DNA of 64,000 bases from Dimorphilus gyrociliatus (lineage: Eukaryota; Animalia; Annelida), in NCBI GenBank assembly GCA_904063045.1, contig CAJFCJ010000002.1, forward strand, positions 3,777,891-3,841,890. Reading direction: 5' to 3'. Below, piece after piece: positions 11,942-25,686 of this stretch. The notes beneath the pieces are model-generated. The model did no database searches. It was not told where the DNA came from and worked only from the letters and a program-made list of their open reading frames with translations. Every line of letters begins with the position of its first letter. Within the stretch, counting starts at the first letter, position 1. A program made the translations under genes and the position numbers.

Positions 11942-14806
11942 ATGACTGGTGGAGGAATTCAACGAAGCTCGGCTAACCAAATGTCGTTCGATGAACGCAG
12001 ATCGATTAGGAAATCTTTCAGGTTTGCATCTACCTTTTATCACTTTAATTAAATTAAGTAACCATCTGTCTATCATAACTTGCCAAATTGTTTATTTTAC
12101 ATAAATTATTATTAAATAATATTTGCGATTGTATCAATCTTCACGTCAAATTGAAATTAATTAAAGATACTTTTTCAATTTCAAATGTTCTGTTTGCATT
12201 TATAGAACTATTATTTTTCAACAGTCAGGAATTAAACGAATTAGGCCCAGCAGATGATGAGCCTTTGAAATTGACACAAAAAATTCCCAAGAGATATATC
12301 GTAGCTGCATTAGCTTTCTTAGGCTTCTGTGAGTATAAATGACTTTATTATTTTTCCCTGGAAAATACAGAAGGGAGAACACAAACCTCACAGTTTAAAA
12401 AGGGTCAATTAATTTTTTTCACCCTTTTGTTTTTCAAACCCCTTTTTTTATATCTTTGTAAATATTAGTTGAGCTTAAGTAAACAATTTTTTTACATATT
12501 CTCCTCAAATCTTCGTTTTCCAATCCAATTTTCTTCTCCGTCCTCTCCTACTTACAACGTCTTTCTCTGCTTTCCCCTTTACGCTCTCCCAGTTAATGAT
12601 GCGGGTAGAATGTTAAATAGGGATGGGTACGATAAATTTAATAGTGAAGTGGTTGGAGTGAATTTATCAAAGATTTAAATAAGAATACGAATAATTCCCA
12701 TAAACAGGTAACATCTATGCTCTACGTGTGAATCTTAGCATTGCCCTGGTTGCAATGACAGACAACGAGACAGCCATAGTCACAGGGAGCGTCATACACG
12801 TACGTATAAAATAATATTTTACCTCGTAATAGGAAATTATAGGAAGAAATTTTTCTTTAAATCCTTTGGAATTGGAAGAAGAAAAAAAATGTATTCAATG
12901 AATTTCTTTATTAAAACGTCCATAATTATTATAACTCGCTAATAAGACTAATAGAAATTGCAATGTTATACAAATATTTATCCATATCAAACTATGGTAG
13001 CTCTCTTTGGAGATAATTTATTCCAAAATGCGCACATAAAGCTATATTTAGAAATAGTATTAAGTAAATTAACAATAAAGTGTTTCTTTAAGATATAAAC
13101 CTCATTACGCCTTTTAATGAATATCAGAAATAAAAAAGGAATTAACAAATATCGTGATAGGTTTCAGAGTTCAAATGGAGCAAAAAAGTTCAAGGCTATG
13201 TGCTGTCGTCATTTTTCTGGGGTTATATTATCACTCAACTACCCGGTGGTTACCTTGCCACTAAGTATGGTGGAAAGAATCTTTTTGGTGGTGGTGTTGT
13301 TCTTACAGCTATACTCGCTTTGATCAGTCCTCCGTCTGCAAGAGTTAACGAGAAATTTTTTATAACTATACGTATTCTACAAGGATTATGCGAGGTATCT
13401 AATTAGACTTTGCTTTTATATCTTTCAGCTCTAACCTATTTAACATATTTCCATTATTTAAATATATCTGTATATATCTATATATACTCAATTATTGTAT
13501 ATTTATGAAGTGTAAATACACTTTCAGGGTGTCACCTATCCCGCAATACACGCTGTTTGGTCGAAATGGGCTCCACCTTTAGAACGTACGAAGTTGGCTA
13601 CTTTTGCGTTTGCAGGTATAGAAAGTGATTTACTTTTCTGTTGATCTAATAATTACAATGAAATAATTTGATAGGCTCTTATGTCGGAACTGTAATTGCT
13701 ATGCCCTTAAGTGGTGTGATAGCTGATAGAATTGGATGGCCTTGGATTTTTTACATATTTGGTAAGCCTTCTTTAAAAAGTATTAAGAGATAAGTGAAAA
13801 AAAAGAACCAACCCTCTTTGTCATTATCTCTCATAGGACTCTTGGCAATTGGTTGGTTTATACTATGGTGCGTTTTTGTAAGTGAGTCACCAGCTAAACA
13901 TCGAAGTATATCCACCGCTGAACTGGAATATATTCAAGTCTCCATTGGTTACAGTCCTCTGCAAATTCAAAATCAAAAACCTCCAATAAAGAGCATACTG
14001 TTGTCGATGCCCGTTTGGGCGATAGTTGTCGCACACTTTACGGAGAATTGGGGTTTCTATACTCTACTTACGGAACTGCCGACATACTTGAAAGACTTCA
14101 TCCGCTTTGACTTATATTCGGCCGGTTTCGTTGCTGCTCTACCGTACTTCTTGATGGCTATCGTAGTCATGTTGGGAGGTCAATTGGCTGATTACATAAG
14201 GTCAAAGGGTCTGCTCAAGACAACTCCAACACGAAAGCTTTTTACAGGAATAGGTTTACAATATTTTATCGCATTAGCTGACTTTCCCTACTTAATATGT
14301 ACTTTCTTGTTCTTATAGCTTTTATCGGCCAAGCTGCCTTCATGATAGCAACGTCGTACTGTACTAGTAAGGAATCATCTGTCGCTTGTCTCACTCTAGC
14401 TGTTGGGATAGGAGGTTTAGCATGGTCAGGTTTCTCTGTTAACCATTTGGATATCGCCCCTCAATTTGCCGGCCTACTTATGGGAATTACAAATACGATT
14501 GCCACTATACCGGGTATTGCCAGCCCTATAATAACTGGTGAAGTAATACCTCATAAGGTCATTTACCTTCTTGATATACAGTAGCCTAATACATGATAGC
14601 TTTTGACATTTTCTATATTATTTTTTTTTTTGCTGTAGGCTACAACTGAATGGAGAGCAATCTTTTTTACATCGGGAGGCATCTACCTATTTGGAGCGCT
14701 GTTCTTTACCATTTTTGCTTCCGGAGACCGACAGAGCTGGGCAGAGACCCCTGAGGGTTACGAACCACAATTTGATGCTGTAAGTGAAACAGAAACACTT
14801 CCATAA
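11942..14806 (+). CDS. SLC17A5: SLC17 family organic anion transporter (MFS), sialin-like (~502 aa, 9 coding exons)
   Basis: Exons 11942-12021, 12225-12328, 12708-12799, 13161-13394, 13528-13615, 13675-13761, 13837-14253, 14319-14557, 14639-14806 (1,509 nt, in frame). Motifs [69 protein letters not shown]. The first exon is less certain, and the symbol denotes the closest subfamily by eye. Confidence 0.9.
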
Positions 14807-17419
14807 AACGGAAAGAAAGATGATAATGCTGAAAGATTGGAAGAATCGACAAAAATTTCTTGGCGTTGTAATCCTCTCTGCATCTGTTTACGCTTTCGAT
14901 ATTGGAGAAATACGGATAATCATCTCAAATGATTGTCCTTCCCATACATAATCCTCCCCTTATACAATGGTGTTTTCGGGCTTTTAAATACCGTGTAAAT
15001 TATTCTGCTACCAAAACAAAAAATCTGACTGTCTTCACCTAAATCAAAAGTGAAAAAACTCTTTATTTTGATTGAAAATATGTTATTTGTGTTGTTTTCT
15101 CCCTCAATGTTGTACTATAAGGAAGTTTCAAATAGGAAAAATGCGCCATCTAGATTTTTCCAGTGAATAAAATAAATATATCGATCGACATTAAAACGAG
15201 ACTCCTTCTCTCTCTCTCTCTTTGTTGTGTGATTTATTAAAAATAGAAAAACTGAAATTGCACCTATAAATTAACATTAGAATAATCTCGTTGAAACAAG
15301 TAAATTCTTTTAACATTTAGATTGATTTGAGAAATGGTAGCAATCAAATTATCTTTTGTTACATTTAAGTAAAATTCATCAAAATCTAAAGGCAATAAAG
15401 TATTTACTAAATGTAAATTCTGACATGTTTTTATCTTTTTACAAGGTAAATAAATGCATTGAGTGTTAATTACATATTCATTCATTTCTTAATAGGTTAA
15501 CAATATTTAAACACGAACTATTTAATACTCTTTAATTTATACAAAACTTGCTTGGAATAAGTAATTAAGGATAATTAATCAATCCATAAATAAACATATA
15601 CAGATTATATACATATATGCTATTATATAGATTTTATATATGTATTGTATTTTAATCTTTTACCTAATCTATTTAAATTCAATACTGTTTGAAAATAACT
15701 CAAATTCTTGAATATTTGCTAATTAGAGAGAGTAATAACTGTAATTAATGTTTTAGAAAAATGAATATTAGGACGTCTAGAATTTCTTCCTTTAAATTAC
15801 AATATCGAACACTTCTTATACCTGGATATTATTCTAGATATCTAAAAAACTGCCTTACTTAAGGGACTATAGAAATTTTTTTCTCCTGTTTCCTTTTTCT
15901 TTTACCTGTAAACTAAATAGTTTTCAGGTAAATGATTTATCCAATTATAATCACATTTCGATTTAAACTGACTACTGCCTATTTCCAGGAATCATAAAAT
16001 GTATTATTTTCAACTAGTAACCCTTTAACTGTGACAGACAGAACTCAATTGGATTATTGAAGGTAATCGTACCGTCTATATTATTTGAAACGATTGATAG
16101 AGTAATAAAACAATATCATTATAGGAAATTGTTTATCGAGTCAATTTGGTTTAGTTCAGAATCAGTTTCGAATAAACAACTATGTTGAATTCTATAATAT
16201 TTTATACAATAAACGATCAACGCCACCGTAAGTGTTATAGATAGCTTATAACTATATAAAATTCAGTTTTCAATCTATTTGCATCAGTAAGGAAAATCAA
16301 TTTCTCTAATTAGCATTCTATATTCAAACTATGTAGGGAGACAATCTTCATTGAAATTAATATTGCATAAATTATTATCTTAAGTAAATATATATAGAAA
16401 ACATGGTATACCTTTCTCTAATTTAAAATTTAATTAATGAACAAGTCGACTGTTGGTATTCTAGTTTCAGAGGAAAAAAATTGATAAATCAGAATCTTCC
16501 TATAGAGTTTTATATTATGAAATTGGCAATAATTACTTATATTCAAGTTCAATGCACATACTAGACTATAAAAGATTATAGGTTTAATTATACAAAAAGC
16601 TTCTTGTTACATCATATATGTAGATCCTTTGTGATAAGTAGAGAAATGCAGTTTGTTAAGTCGCTTTGCAGTGGAACAAACTGTCAACTGCTAAAGTATT
16701 TAGCGTTAGTTGCACAGTTATCTACATTTCTGCCAATTAATAACATTGCATATTATTAAAAGAGCTACATAGACGTCTATCGCTATTTTTCAAATGATTA
16801 CATGTATCTCGCTGTAGCTAATTAATTAATGAGGATATAAATATTCATATATTTACAACATTTTTATGTTGTAATATCTCATATCTAGAAAGTAATATAT
16901 AAAGTAACGTACAATTATCATGGGATAAGTAATTTTAGCTCTATAGTTACAAAACGTCCCCCTTTAGATCATTCTTCCTTTTCGAATTAAAATTAATGAA
17001 TTATGTTAAATTTTCTTAGTAAGCTAGAATGAAATGGCAGAAAGAATTCTAATCTATATATAACTTCCTATTCAATAGGACTTTTCTAATAATCAATATA
17101 CATGTTTTTGTCATTATAGGAATTGTATTATAAAACCAATAATGTAAATCGATCGTTGCAACTGTGATAAAAATTATACTGTTTATTGTCAAAAGCAAGT
17201 TGTCGTCAAAGATTGAAAAATTCAAGTGAGAATTTCCTTAACTTTCTTCTTTTATACTATTGAAAGAGTGAGACAATAGTCAAGAATTCGTTGATAAATC
17301 TTTAAATAGATTTAGCATTCTACTGATAATAGAACAAATCATTCATTCAATAAAATATTTTACTTTAGAAATTTCATTTCGCTTTCATAGCTTCATATAT
17401 ATATATATATATATGTATA

Positions 17420-20400
17420 TTAATTTCCTTGTACTTGTACTTGTGTAGGCGACCGCGATTGTGAGCTATCAACTACTTTTGTTGGCTTTTTAACAACTAT
17501 AACAATAATAACAACAATTATTGCTACTCCTATTATCGCACAGACGACTGCAACTGGTATAACCCATTTTTTCTCAGATTCTTCTGGTTTTGTCTGAATA
17601 CCTGTAGTTGTAGCAATCGGAGCAGCAGTTGTTACTTGAGTTGGCTTTGCTGATTGTAATATATTCACTTCTACATTAAATTTTGTTGACAATTCAGTTG
17701 CGATAGCCTTCCTTACAGCATCCGAATTTAAGATATCTTCAAGAAGTGACTGAGGCAAGGCTATTTCTAAAGGTCCTATCGAAGGAACTCCTCTTCGTCT
17801 TCTTGCTGCCGGTGTTATATCTATATCCTGACAAAGTTCTGATGATTTATTAGCTACAATTATGAGTAGCACTTCGAGTATTTTTCCGTTCTTTAATGGG
17901 TAACCTGTACCAATCTTTACATCCGCAGCTTCGATATAAGATAACGTTTTGTTCATTTGTTTCCTTGATCCAAATATACCACAGCATTGAGTGAAATTAG
18001 TTTGGCAATTATTCGTTACAGCAGTTGACACTTTCTCTCCAACTATAGAGTGAGCTGATAGGTAATTTTGCTTAGTAATAGAAGAATTTATTCGCATAAC
18101 TACTCCATTGCTAAGTTCTATTTCGGATATGGGACATCTATTCGTATTACAGTCACCCATTTCAAAGCTGCCGCCATATGCAAAACAGTCTAAACCCTTT
18201 GCTTCAGGAGTAGGATTTGTACATGTTCTATTTCTTAATCTTGTCCCACTTCCGCATGTTTTAGTACAAGTTGTCCACTCTGACCATTCCGTGTAGTTTC
18301 CATCTCTATCCTTACAACTAACTTGATCAGCGTTCAATTTGTATCCATTTATACAAGAGCAAGTAAATCCTTCATCTTTATCAGTGCATGTTGCATTACC
18401 TATGCAGGGATTTGTTTTGCATTCATCTACACTCACACAAGTTTTATTAGTTGAGTCCAATACGTAAAAAGAATTTTTACAAAGGCAAGTAGCAACATTA
18501 TTAATTTTCGCGCATAGTTGATTGCAGCCATGCCCACTGTCACACGCCTTGTCAACCGTACAATTCCTACCATCAGGAGCTAATGTAAAACCTGATTGGC
18601 ATTCACATTCATAACTTCCATCTATATTCTTACACTTTTGAGTGCAACCATGGTTTCCGGAAAGACATTCATTAATATCCAGACAATCTGTGTTGCTCTG
18701 AAAAAACGGATAGTGATAATATTGCATCAAAGCATTATACTATAAGGAAAATACCTGCTGCTGATAGCCTGATCTACATGAACAAGTTCTAGAACCATCT
18801 GTATTCGTGCATGTGTGAGCACATCCGCCATTTGATGTTGAGCATTCATTTATGTCAACACAAGTAAATTTATCATTTGAAAGCGTCCAACCAGTTTTAC
18901 ATGAACAAGTGTATGATCCTTCCGTATTTGTACATAATCCATTAGTTTTATCACATTTAGCCGTTCCTGAACTGCATTCATTTACATCCACACAGCTTCC
19001 ACCTTATTATTTAAATATAATTCTATTAGATATTGTATCTTAAAGTAAGGATAGATTGTTTACTTACTTGAATTGACATTCAATTGATAAATAGGTGTGG
19101 GACAGACACATTTATAGCTTTGGCCCACTTGATTTAAGCACGTTGATTTCGGATCGCTACAAGTTCCAGTTCCATCTGAACATTCATCTTTGTCTATACA
19201 TCTTGCCGATTCAACTTTCTTATAAAAGCTATTAAGACATTGACATTCGTAGGATCCAACTGTATTTACACACTTAACATTTTTACTCGATGGGCATAAC
19301 GTAGAACCCTCAGATGTACATTCATCTGTATCAACGCATTGGCTGGAGTTTGCACTGCTGATTTCGTATCCATTAGGACACAAACACGTTAACGTTACAC
19401 CATTTATCATGGCACAACTATGAGAACATGTATTGTTAGAAGGGCAAGTGAATATGGATTCACACGTTTTCCTATCGCTCTTTAAGCGGAAACCGGAAGG
19501 GCAACTTTGAGAAATAATCTAGTTTTATTGAATAGAATTTTTATAGAATGGATACAAACCTGCATATGAACGATCCAACAGTATTTGTACAATTATTGTT
19601 ATAGCAGCCATTTAGAGATTGAACTTTGCATTCATCTATATCATCACACTTCTTTCCATTAGCATTCAATTCGTAACCAGTTGAGCATTTACACTCGAAA
19701 GAACCAATGGTATTTTCGCATTGGTGATAACATCCTCCTTTGTCACTAGCAGCGCATTCATTCAGATCACTGCATATAAATCCATTTCCAGTAAAGCCTG
19801 ACATACATGTACAAATAAAAGACCCAATTGTATTGTTACAAACTCCATAATTAGCATCGCAAGGTCTTTGTAAACATTCATCAATATCTGTGCAATTTTT
19901 ACCACCCGAGCTCAATTGGTATCCACTTTTGCAACTGCATTGGAAAGAGCCTTTAGAATTTGTGCATATTCCATTTGAAGAGTCGCATCCAGAAGAACCA
20001 TCTGCACATTCATCTTTATCAATACATGTAAATCCATCTTTATCTAATTCATAGCCAGTATTACATTTGCACTCATATCCTGGATCTTTATTAACACACA
20101 TTGAAGTTGATAAATCACAAATGTGTTTAGCAGCACTTGTACACTCATCTTCATCAACACACTCTTTTTGGCTTAAAACTTTTTTAGGAGGGCATGTACA
20201 TTTTGCAACTCCGTTTACCTTTGCACACATACCGCCAACGCAATCACCCTTTTCAGCAGTTGAACATTCTGTTTTTGCAACGCAGGCCTTAACATCAGAT
20301 TGTGAAATGTCATATCCATCGTAACAACCGCAGGAATATGTACCCAGACCGTCGATACATTTTTGTTGGCAAGCATGATTTCCTTGGCATTCATCGATTT

Positions 20401-23400
20401 CAACACATCTAAATGAATCCGTTGTGTTCGTTCTATAACCTCCTTTACAAACACATTTGTAACTTCCTATGGTTAAAAAAACAGTCCTATTAGAGGGAAA
20501 GAGAAGTACAATAGTAAATACTTACCACTTAAATTCTCGCATGTCGTTGATGTTACATCACATTTACTTGCACCGGAAGTACACTCGTTTATGTCAACGC
20601 AGCTCGTTCCACTTCCCGAATAGCCTGATTTACAAGTACAATTAAAACTACCAGCTGTATCTTCGCATTGAGCATTTGAATGACAATTATGCGTATTTAG
20701 AGTGCACTCATTTTCATCTATTTGAAGAGATATTGCATTTACAATTGATTTTCATCAAGGAATTATACGAATTTAATACAAACTTATGCAAGTTTTTCCA
20801 CTCGCAACATAACCACTGTTACACATGCATGTGAAGGAGCCTGGTATATTTTCGCACTTGTGTTGACAACCTCCATTATTCGTTTGACACTCATCCAAAT
20901 CTGTGCAAGTTTTACCATTTCCTATCATGCCTGAAGGACAAGCTAGACATGTGTAGCCATCATCACTTGGGCTACTTATTTCTGACGGTGTTTTATCTGT
21001 ACATTGAGTAAAGCAAGGTGTATCTGCGCATGCATCGATGTCAGTTTCACATAAGGATCCTTCCCATCCTGTTTTACATATACAACCAACTTGTATATAG
21101 TTATCGCTTCCATCAACCCAGTTACATGTTGCTAAATTTTCACACAGGCAGTGTTGGACTGAAATTTGAACGATAGTCTTTGCACCACTAGAATCTCTAG
21201 CGCTTATGCTAAGTGAAAAAGTTGTTTTAGTTGATGGGACGTTCCATGTTAGAACACCAGTGGAACTAATACTTGCTCCAGTTGGTATAGGAGTTTCTAT
21301 TTCATAAGTAATAGAATCACCATTTCTATCAGTAGCTGTAATCTGCTGGGTTAAAGTTTGACCTTTTGTTATCCTTACACTGATTGTATCATTGCCAAAA
21401 GTTGGAGGATAATTTTGCAGCTTCTTCTTCTCTTCTTCAAAAGATTTTTTCTTCTCTGCTGTACTAGCCCCAATTTCTTTGTTTCCTGTTAAACAAATAT
21501 CTGCCATACAGCCTCTATCGCCACCACAAGTGTCCTTGGCTAGATCGTAAAAGGCACAGTTAGCGGATAAATTATCCAAAAAAATGGGTATGAAAGATGT
21601 ATTTCTATAATCTGCTGCAGATTTCCCCGATGGATAAGTGAACAACGATGATGATTCATCAATTAACCAAGTTTGACCCATATGAAAGAGAGCCTCTTCC
21701 GTAGAGTCTCTGCTGACAGAAGTTCCGTTTCGATAGAAAAAGTCATCATTCTCGTCATCGTTATAATTGCCAAAAATACCAGTAAGTTTACCTTTCAATG
21801 AAGGTGGAGCTAAAACAGAAAGAGCTAATATCTGTTGAATAACACTAGCTCTAATAACAATTTCTGAATAGAAAGCCATAGTATAAACATCATTTGTTAT
21901 CTTAACTGATACTTTAGTAAAATCTTGACCAGAATCGGATCTTATAGTAGATTCGTCACTGATTAATTCTCCATCTTTGATAATTTCGATACCTGTTTTT
22001 GTTGAATTTAACCTAAATTCTATTTTGCTAGAGTCTGTTTGTTTTGCTGCAATAGATGAAAATATCGTAGCTTTTGAAGTATCGCTATTAACAGTTTGAA
22101 TGGTTTCAGTTCTTCCTTGTAGCATAAAGGCAAAGCCTGAAAAATTTGCTATCACCAAATCATATTCACCCAAACCGTTAAAGGTATAATTAGCGTTATC
22201 CAATGTTATAATATGAGGATCACCATAACTTGTGCTAGTTTTTGCAGCCACGAAGTTTTCACAGGAAGAAGGTGGCCTTCTTGCTAAATATGATGAACAG
22301 AGTTGCTTTGATTGGTCTTCTGTACAGCACGTTGTGTATGCTTCAATATCATCAGCATATTTTCTTGTCGTATTTACACCATATCTCCTAAGATGATTCT
22401 TTATGATTGATACAGCATTGTTTCCTTGAATGAACGTTCCGTCATTATTATAGCAACATCTTGGTGTTACTTCCTGATCATCGCTGGAATCAGGATTCCT
22501 CGATTCATAGCAAGAAGTTCCTGTAACTTTCTTCCAAAATTCTGTTAATTGACTTTTAGCGCAAGGACAATTGTATGCTTTATCTAGAAAGGTTCCAGCA
22601 GCTGCTATGTCTGCTGTTATCCATTGACTACATTTTAGAGTAGGATTTTCAAAAGATGATGGATTAGAACTGAAAGAATATCCGTGCTTTCCCCCATTTA
22701 AAGCAGATTTAGTGCCATCTTTGAGATATTCGTAGATATCAGCAAGAGACTATTTGAAGGGAAAAAAGAATTAAAAGCTGCAAACGAAAAAAGAATATAT
22801 TAAACCTTTATCAAGTTCTGATCATTTGCCGGTGCGTAGGAGCCCGAATATTCTTCGGAAATGTAAGAATTATCCAATTTTTTAATCGAATATCCGCTTC
22901 TTATTTGTAAATTGGCTGTTGTAATTGGAACAACCCAATTCATTTCTCTATCAGGATAAAGAAAAACCGAGTGAGTGTTTTTGTAATCTGTACAAATGAC
23001 GCATTGAAAAGTGTTTGTTAAACTGGTTTTTCCCGGATATTCAACTTTTCCCCAGTGAACAACTAGACACCACTTGGCAGTAAAACTGCTCGCACCAGAA
23101 ACTGAATTTCTAATAGTTGTTTGCAAGGTTGAAATAACAGAGCTTCCTGTTGAATATTCTTGATAAAAAACACCTTTACCTTCGGCAGCATTTGTACTAG
23201 ACAATTTATTTGCAGCCCAATAAGGGGCTATTATAGCTCTATGAGGCCACTTGGAATTTGGAAAGGTATAACGACTAAAAGGTAAATCGGTAGGATTCAA
23301 AAAATCCTTTAGATACTCCTGACTATCAACGGAATCTGACGGCATTAAATTAAGAAAAATGATCAAGCCATTTCTTGTTATGTAATATGCTCTATATAAA

Positions 23401-25576
23401 CCATCTGCCAGAGGTATACTGAAAGGAGCGAATTGAAATGAACTCTTGGAACCGCTTAATAAATTCATTGATGTAAAGACAAGATCAACAGTTGTTGTTC
23501 TTTTGCATGTTCCAAGGAGACCAGAACCAATGAACCCAGATATACAACTACATGAAAAGCTGCCACCATTGTTTGTACAGGCTGCTCTATCGGACGAATC
23601 GCAATTATGTGTATTACTTGTACATTCATTAACATCTATACAAGATCGGACTTCTTGTAAATTTTTAATATAGCCATTTTTGCATGTGCAGTCGTAGGTT
23701 CCTTCAGAATCGGCGCATAGTAAGGCGCCAGGCTTAGTACAATCATTATTATTTAGACTACATTCATTTATGTTCTATTGAAGCAACAATTGTAAAATTT
23801 AATAATCATGTAAAATTAGTTATGTTTAACCAAAATACCTGACATGGAGTATTTTTCCCTGCATTTGAATAACCACTTTTACAAGTGCACGTATAGGAAG
23901 AGAAGTCGGAAGAGGCTGTACATTTCGTTGATCCAGTTCCACAAGGAGACGCTGTACATGGACTTGTTGGTATTGTACATTTACCTAAGTCTGTACTACT
24001 AGACTCGGTAGCATTTCCATCACACCTTGAATTGGCAACAGTGAAAGAAGACTCCCGACATTGTCTTACTCTTGTTTTTTCGCAAACACCACAGTTAGCT
24101 AAGCATGAAGACCAAGAGTTCCAATCTGACCAAGTAGCAGTATTTGCTGCTGTTGTCGTAGCTTAAATTTGATATCAAATTAATAATCATATGGACCAGC
24201 AAATAACAATTGCTATTACCGATAGTTGTTTCACTTTTCGTTGTTGTTGGTAATGCTGATAAATAGATAGACGCTAATTATTTAAAAGGAACCCGAACAA
24301 TCTTCTACTTATTAATTGATTAACAATGTCATATAAATTTATAGTGTGTATAGGATAGTTTTATCTAAAGACCTAGCTTATGAACTTATTGGAATAGATC
24401 TAACCTTGCGTTGTTTTTTACGAAACAGATTGGTTTTTAGTAGTTAAAAACAAACTTATCACATATTTAATGAAATTCTACTTTAAATAATAACTTTTTC
24501 TCAAGGTTAAAAGATAAGTAGAGTGACTTTTCAAGTTTAAATTTGTTCGATTTCATCAAAACTTAATTAACTTTCAAAAAAATGTTTGAATTATACATTG
24601 CTTGTTTTATAAATGAAAAAATATTAATAAGACTATAAATTTGGTACTTGCATCATTAGTATTTAAGGATTATGAAAGAAGAGAAAACGAAAATACACTA
24701 ACAATTATAATTATTTATATATCCTCTTTGAGAAAAGAGATCAATGGTATAAAAAAATTAACCTGTTGTAGTTGTTTCAATCTTTTTTGCTGTTAAATCA
24801 TGAATAATGAGGTTATTCTCTATAAAATTTTTTTGTTTTATGAGTTCTTACTCGTAATTTGCTCAGTTATTGTGCTTGGTGAGGCAGTTGATTGGTACGA
24901 TACGGTAGTTGTTGACTGATTTTCCCCTATCCCTAGGGATGAAGTTCTCATTGTTGGAGTAGTTCCAGTTGAACCTGAACCGACTGTAGGAGTCGTCATA
25001 GTACCTACAGTTTCAGTCATTGTAGTTCCAGTCCCTATAGTTTCAGTCATTGTAGTTCCAGTCCCTATAGTTTCAGTCATTGTAGTTCCAGTCCCTGCAC
25101 TTTCAGTCATTGTAGTGCCAGTCCCTGAAATTGTAGACCCTGATTGCGTTGCAGTGTTGGATGTACCAGTTATTGCTTGACTAGTCTGAGTCTCCATAGT
25201 TTTAGTTGATTGGGAGCTTGATGAAGTCGAATTCGTCGAGTTAACTAACATAGTTTGAGTTGTTACAGTTGAATTTGAGGGGGTGTTCAGTCCAACAGTT
25301 GACGTCATCGTTGTGTTTTGGTTATTACTAGAGTTGGATAAAGTGGTGAACGTCGTAACATTTACCACAGCTGTGGTCGTTTCATTTGAGGCAGAGTTTA
25401 CTGCTGTAAAAGTTAATTTATTAAACAATGTATCACAGTTAAATGGTCAATGTTTCTATAAAACCACGCAAGAAGTTAGACTACAACCTAAAATACTTGC
25501 CTTGGACAACAAAAATTATAATTGTAGCAGTGTTAGCTACTATAAGAAGAGAAGGAAACAAACTTGATCTAGTCAT
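17420..25576 (-). CDS. Large type-I membrane mucin-like protein: SP - S/T-rich stalk - TSP1 - EGFs - NIDO - AMOP - VWD - cadherin/Ig-like - ~20 EGF/cbEGF - TSP1 - TM (MUC4/SUSD2-like core, ~2,336 aa)
   Basis: 12 exons: 25576-25501, 25403-24852, 24789-24763, 24255-24220, 24161-23839, 23774-22806, 22749-20784, 20717-20526, 20466-19560, 19504-19068, 19002-18755, 18697-17420 (7,011 nt, in frame). Repeated D(I/V)(N/D)EC cbEGF starts, NIDO ([10 protein letters not shown]), AMOP (CSQW...CPC...CCY), YGDPH at the start of [26 protein letters not shown]1, and [27 protein letters not shown]. First intron is GC-AG in this model. Confidence 0.9.
25011..25130 (-). repeat. Coding 30-nt tandem repeat, 4 copies plus a degenerate copy at 24981-25010, encoding GTGTTMTE(T/S)x
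   Basis: Unit TTTCAGTCATTGTAGTTCCAGTCCCTATAG is exact at 25011 and 25041 and variant at 25071 and 25101. Confidence 0.95.
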
Positions 25577-25686
25577 TCTCTTTCTTTGAATGTAGTACGA
25601 CAATAGCAAAAAGACATTAGCTTTGACTTTTACTGGCGCCACTTATTTTTTTTTATCCTAAATACAATTATCTTTAAATATTCACA

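Noticed and set aside
11942-14806. Calling the SLC17 gene a vesicular glutamate transporter because it lies next to an NMDA receptor
   Set aside because: The sequence has [14 protein letters not shown] and PAIHAVW, which are sialin-like, rather than the VGLUT-type RSWTFYLLLISQPAY and PACHGIW. Adjacency alone is not evidence of function.
24404-24450. Possible third mucin micro-exon ending CGCAAG|GTTAG
   Set aside because: The Thr-rich frame contains TAA and there is no usable phase-1 acceptor; at most a dead exon.
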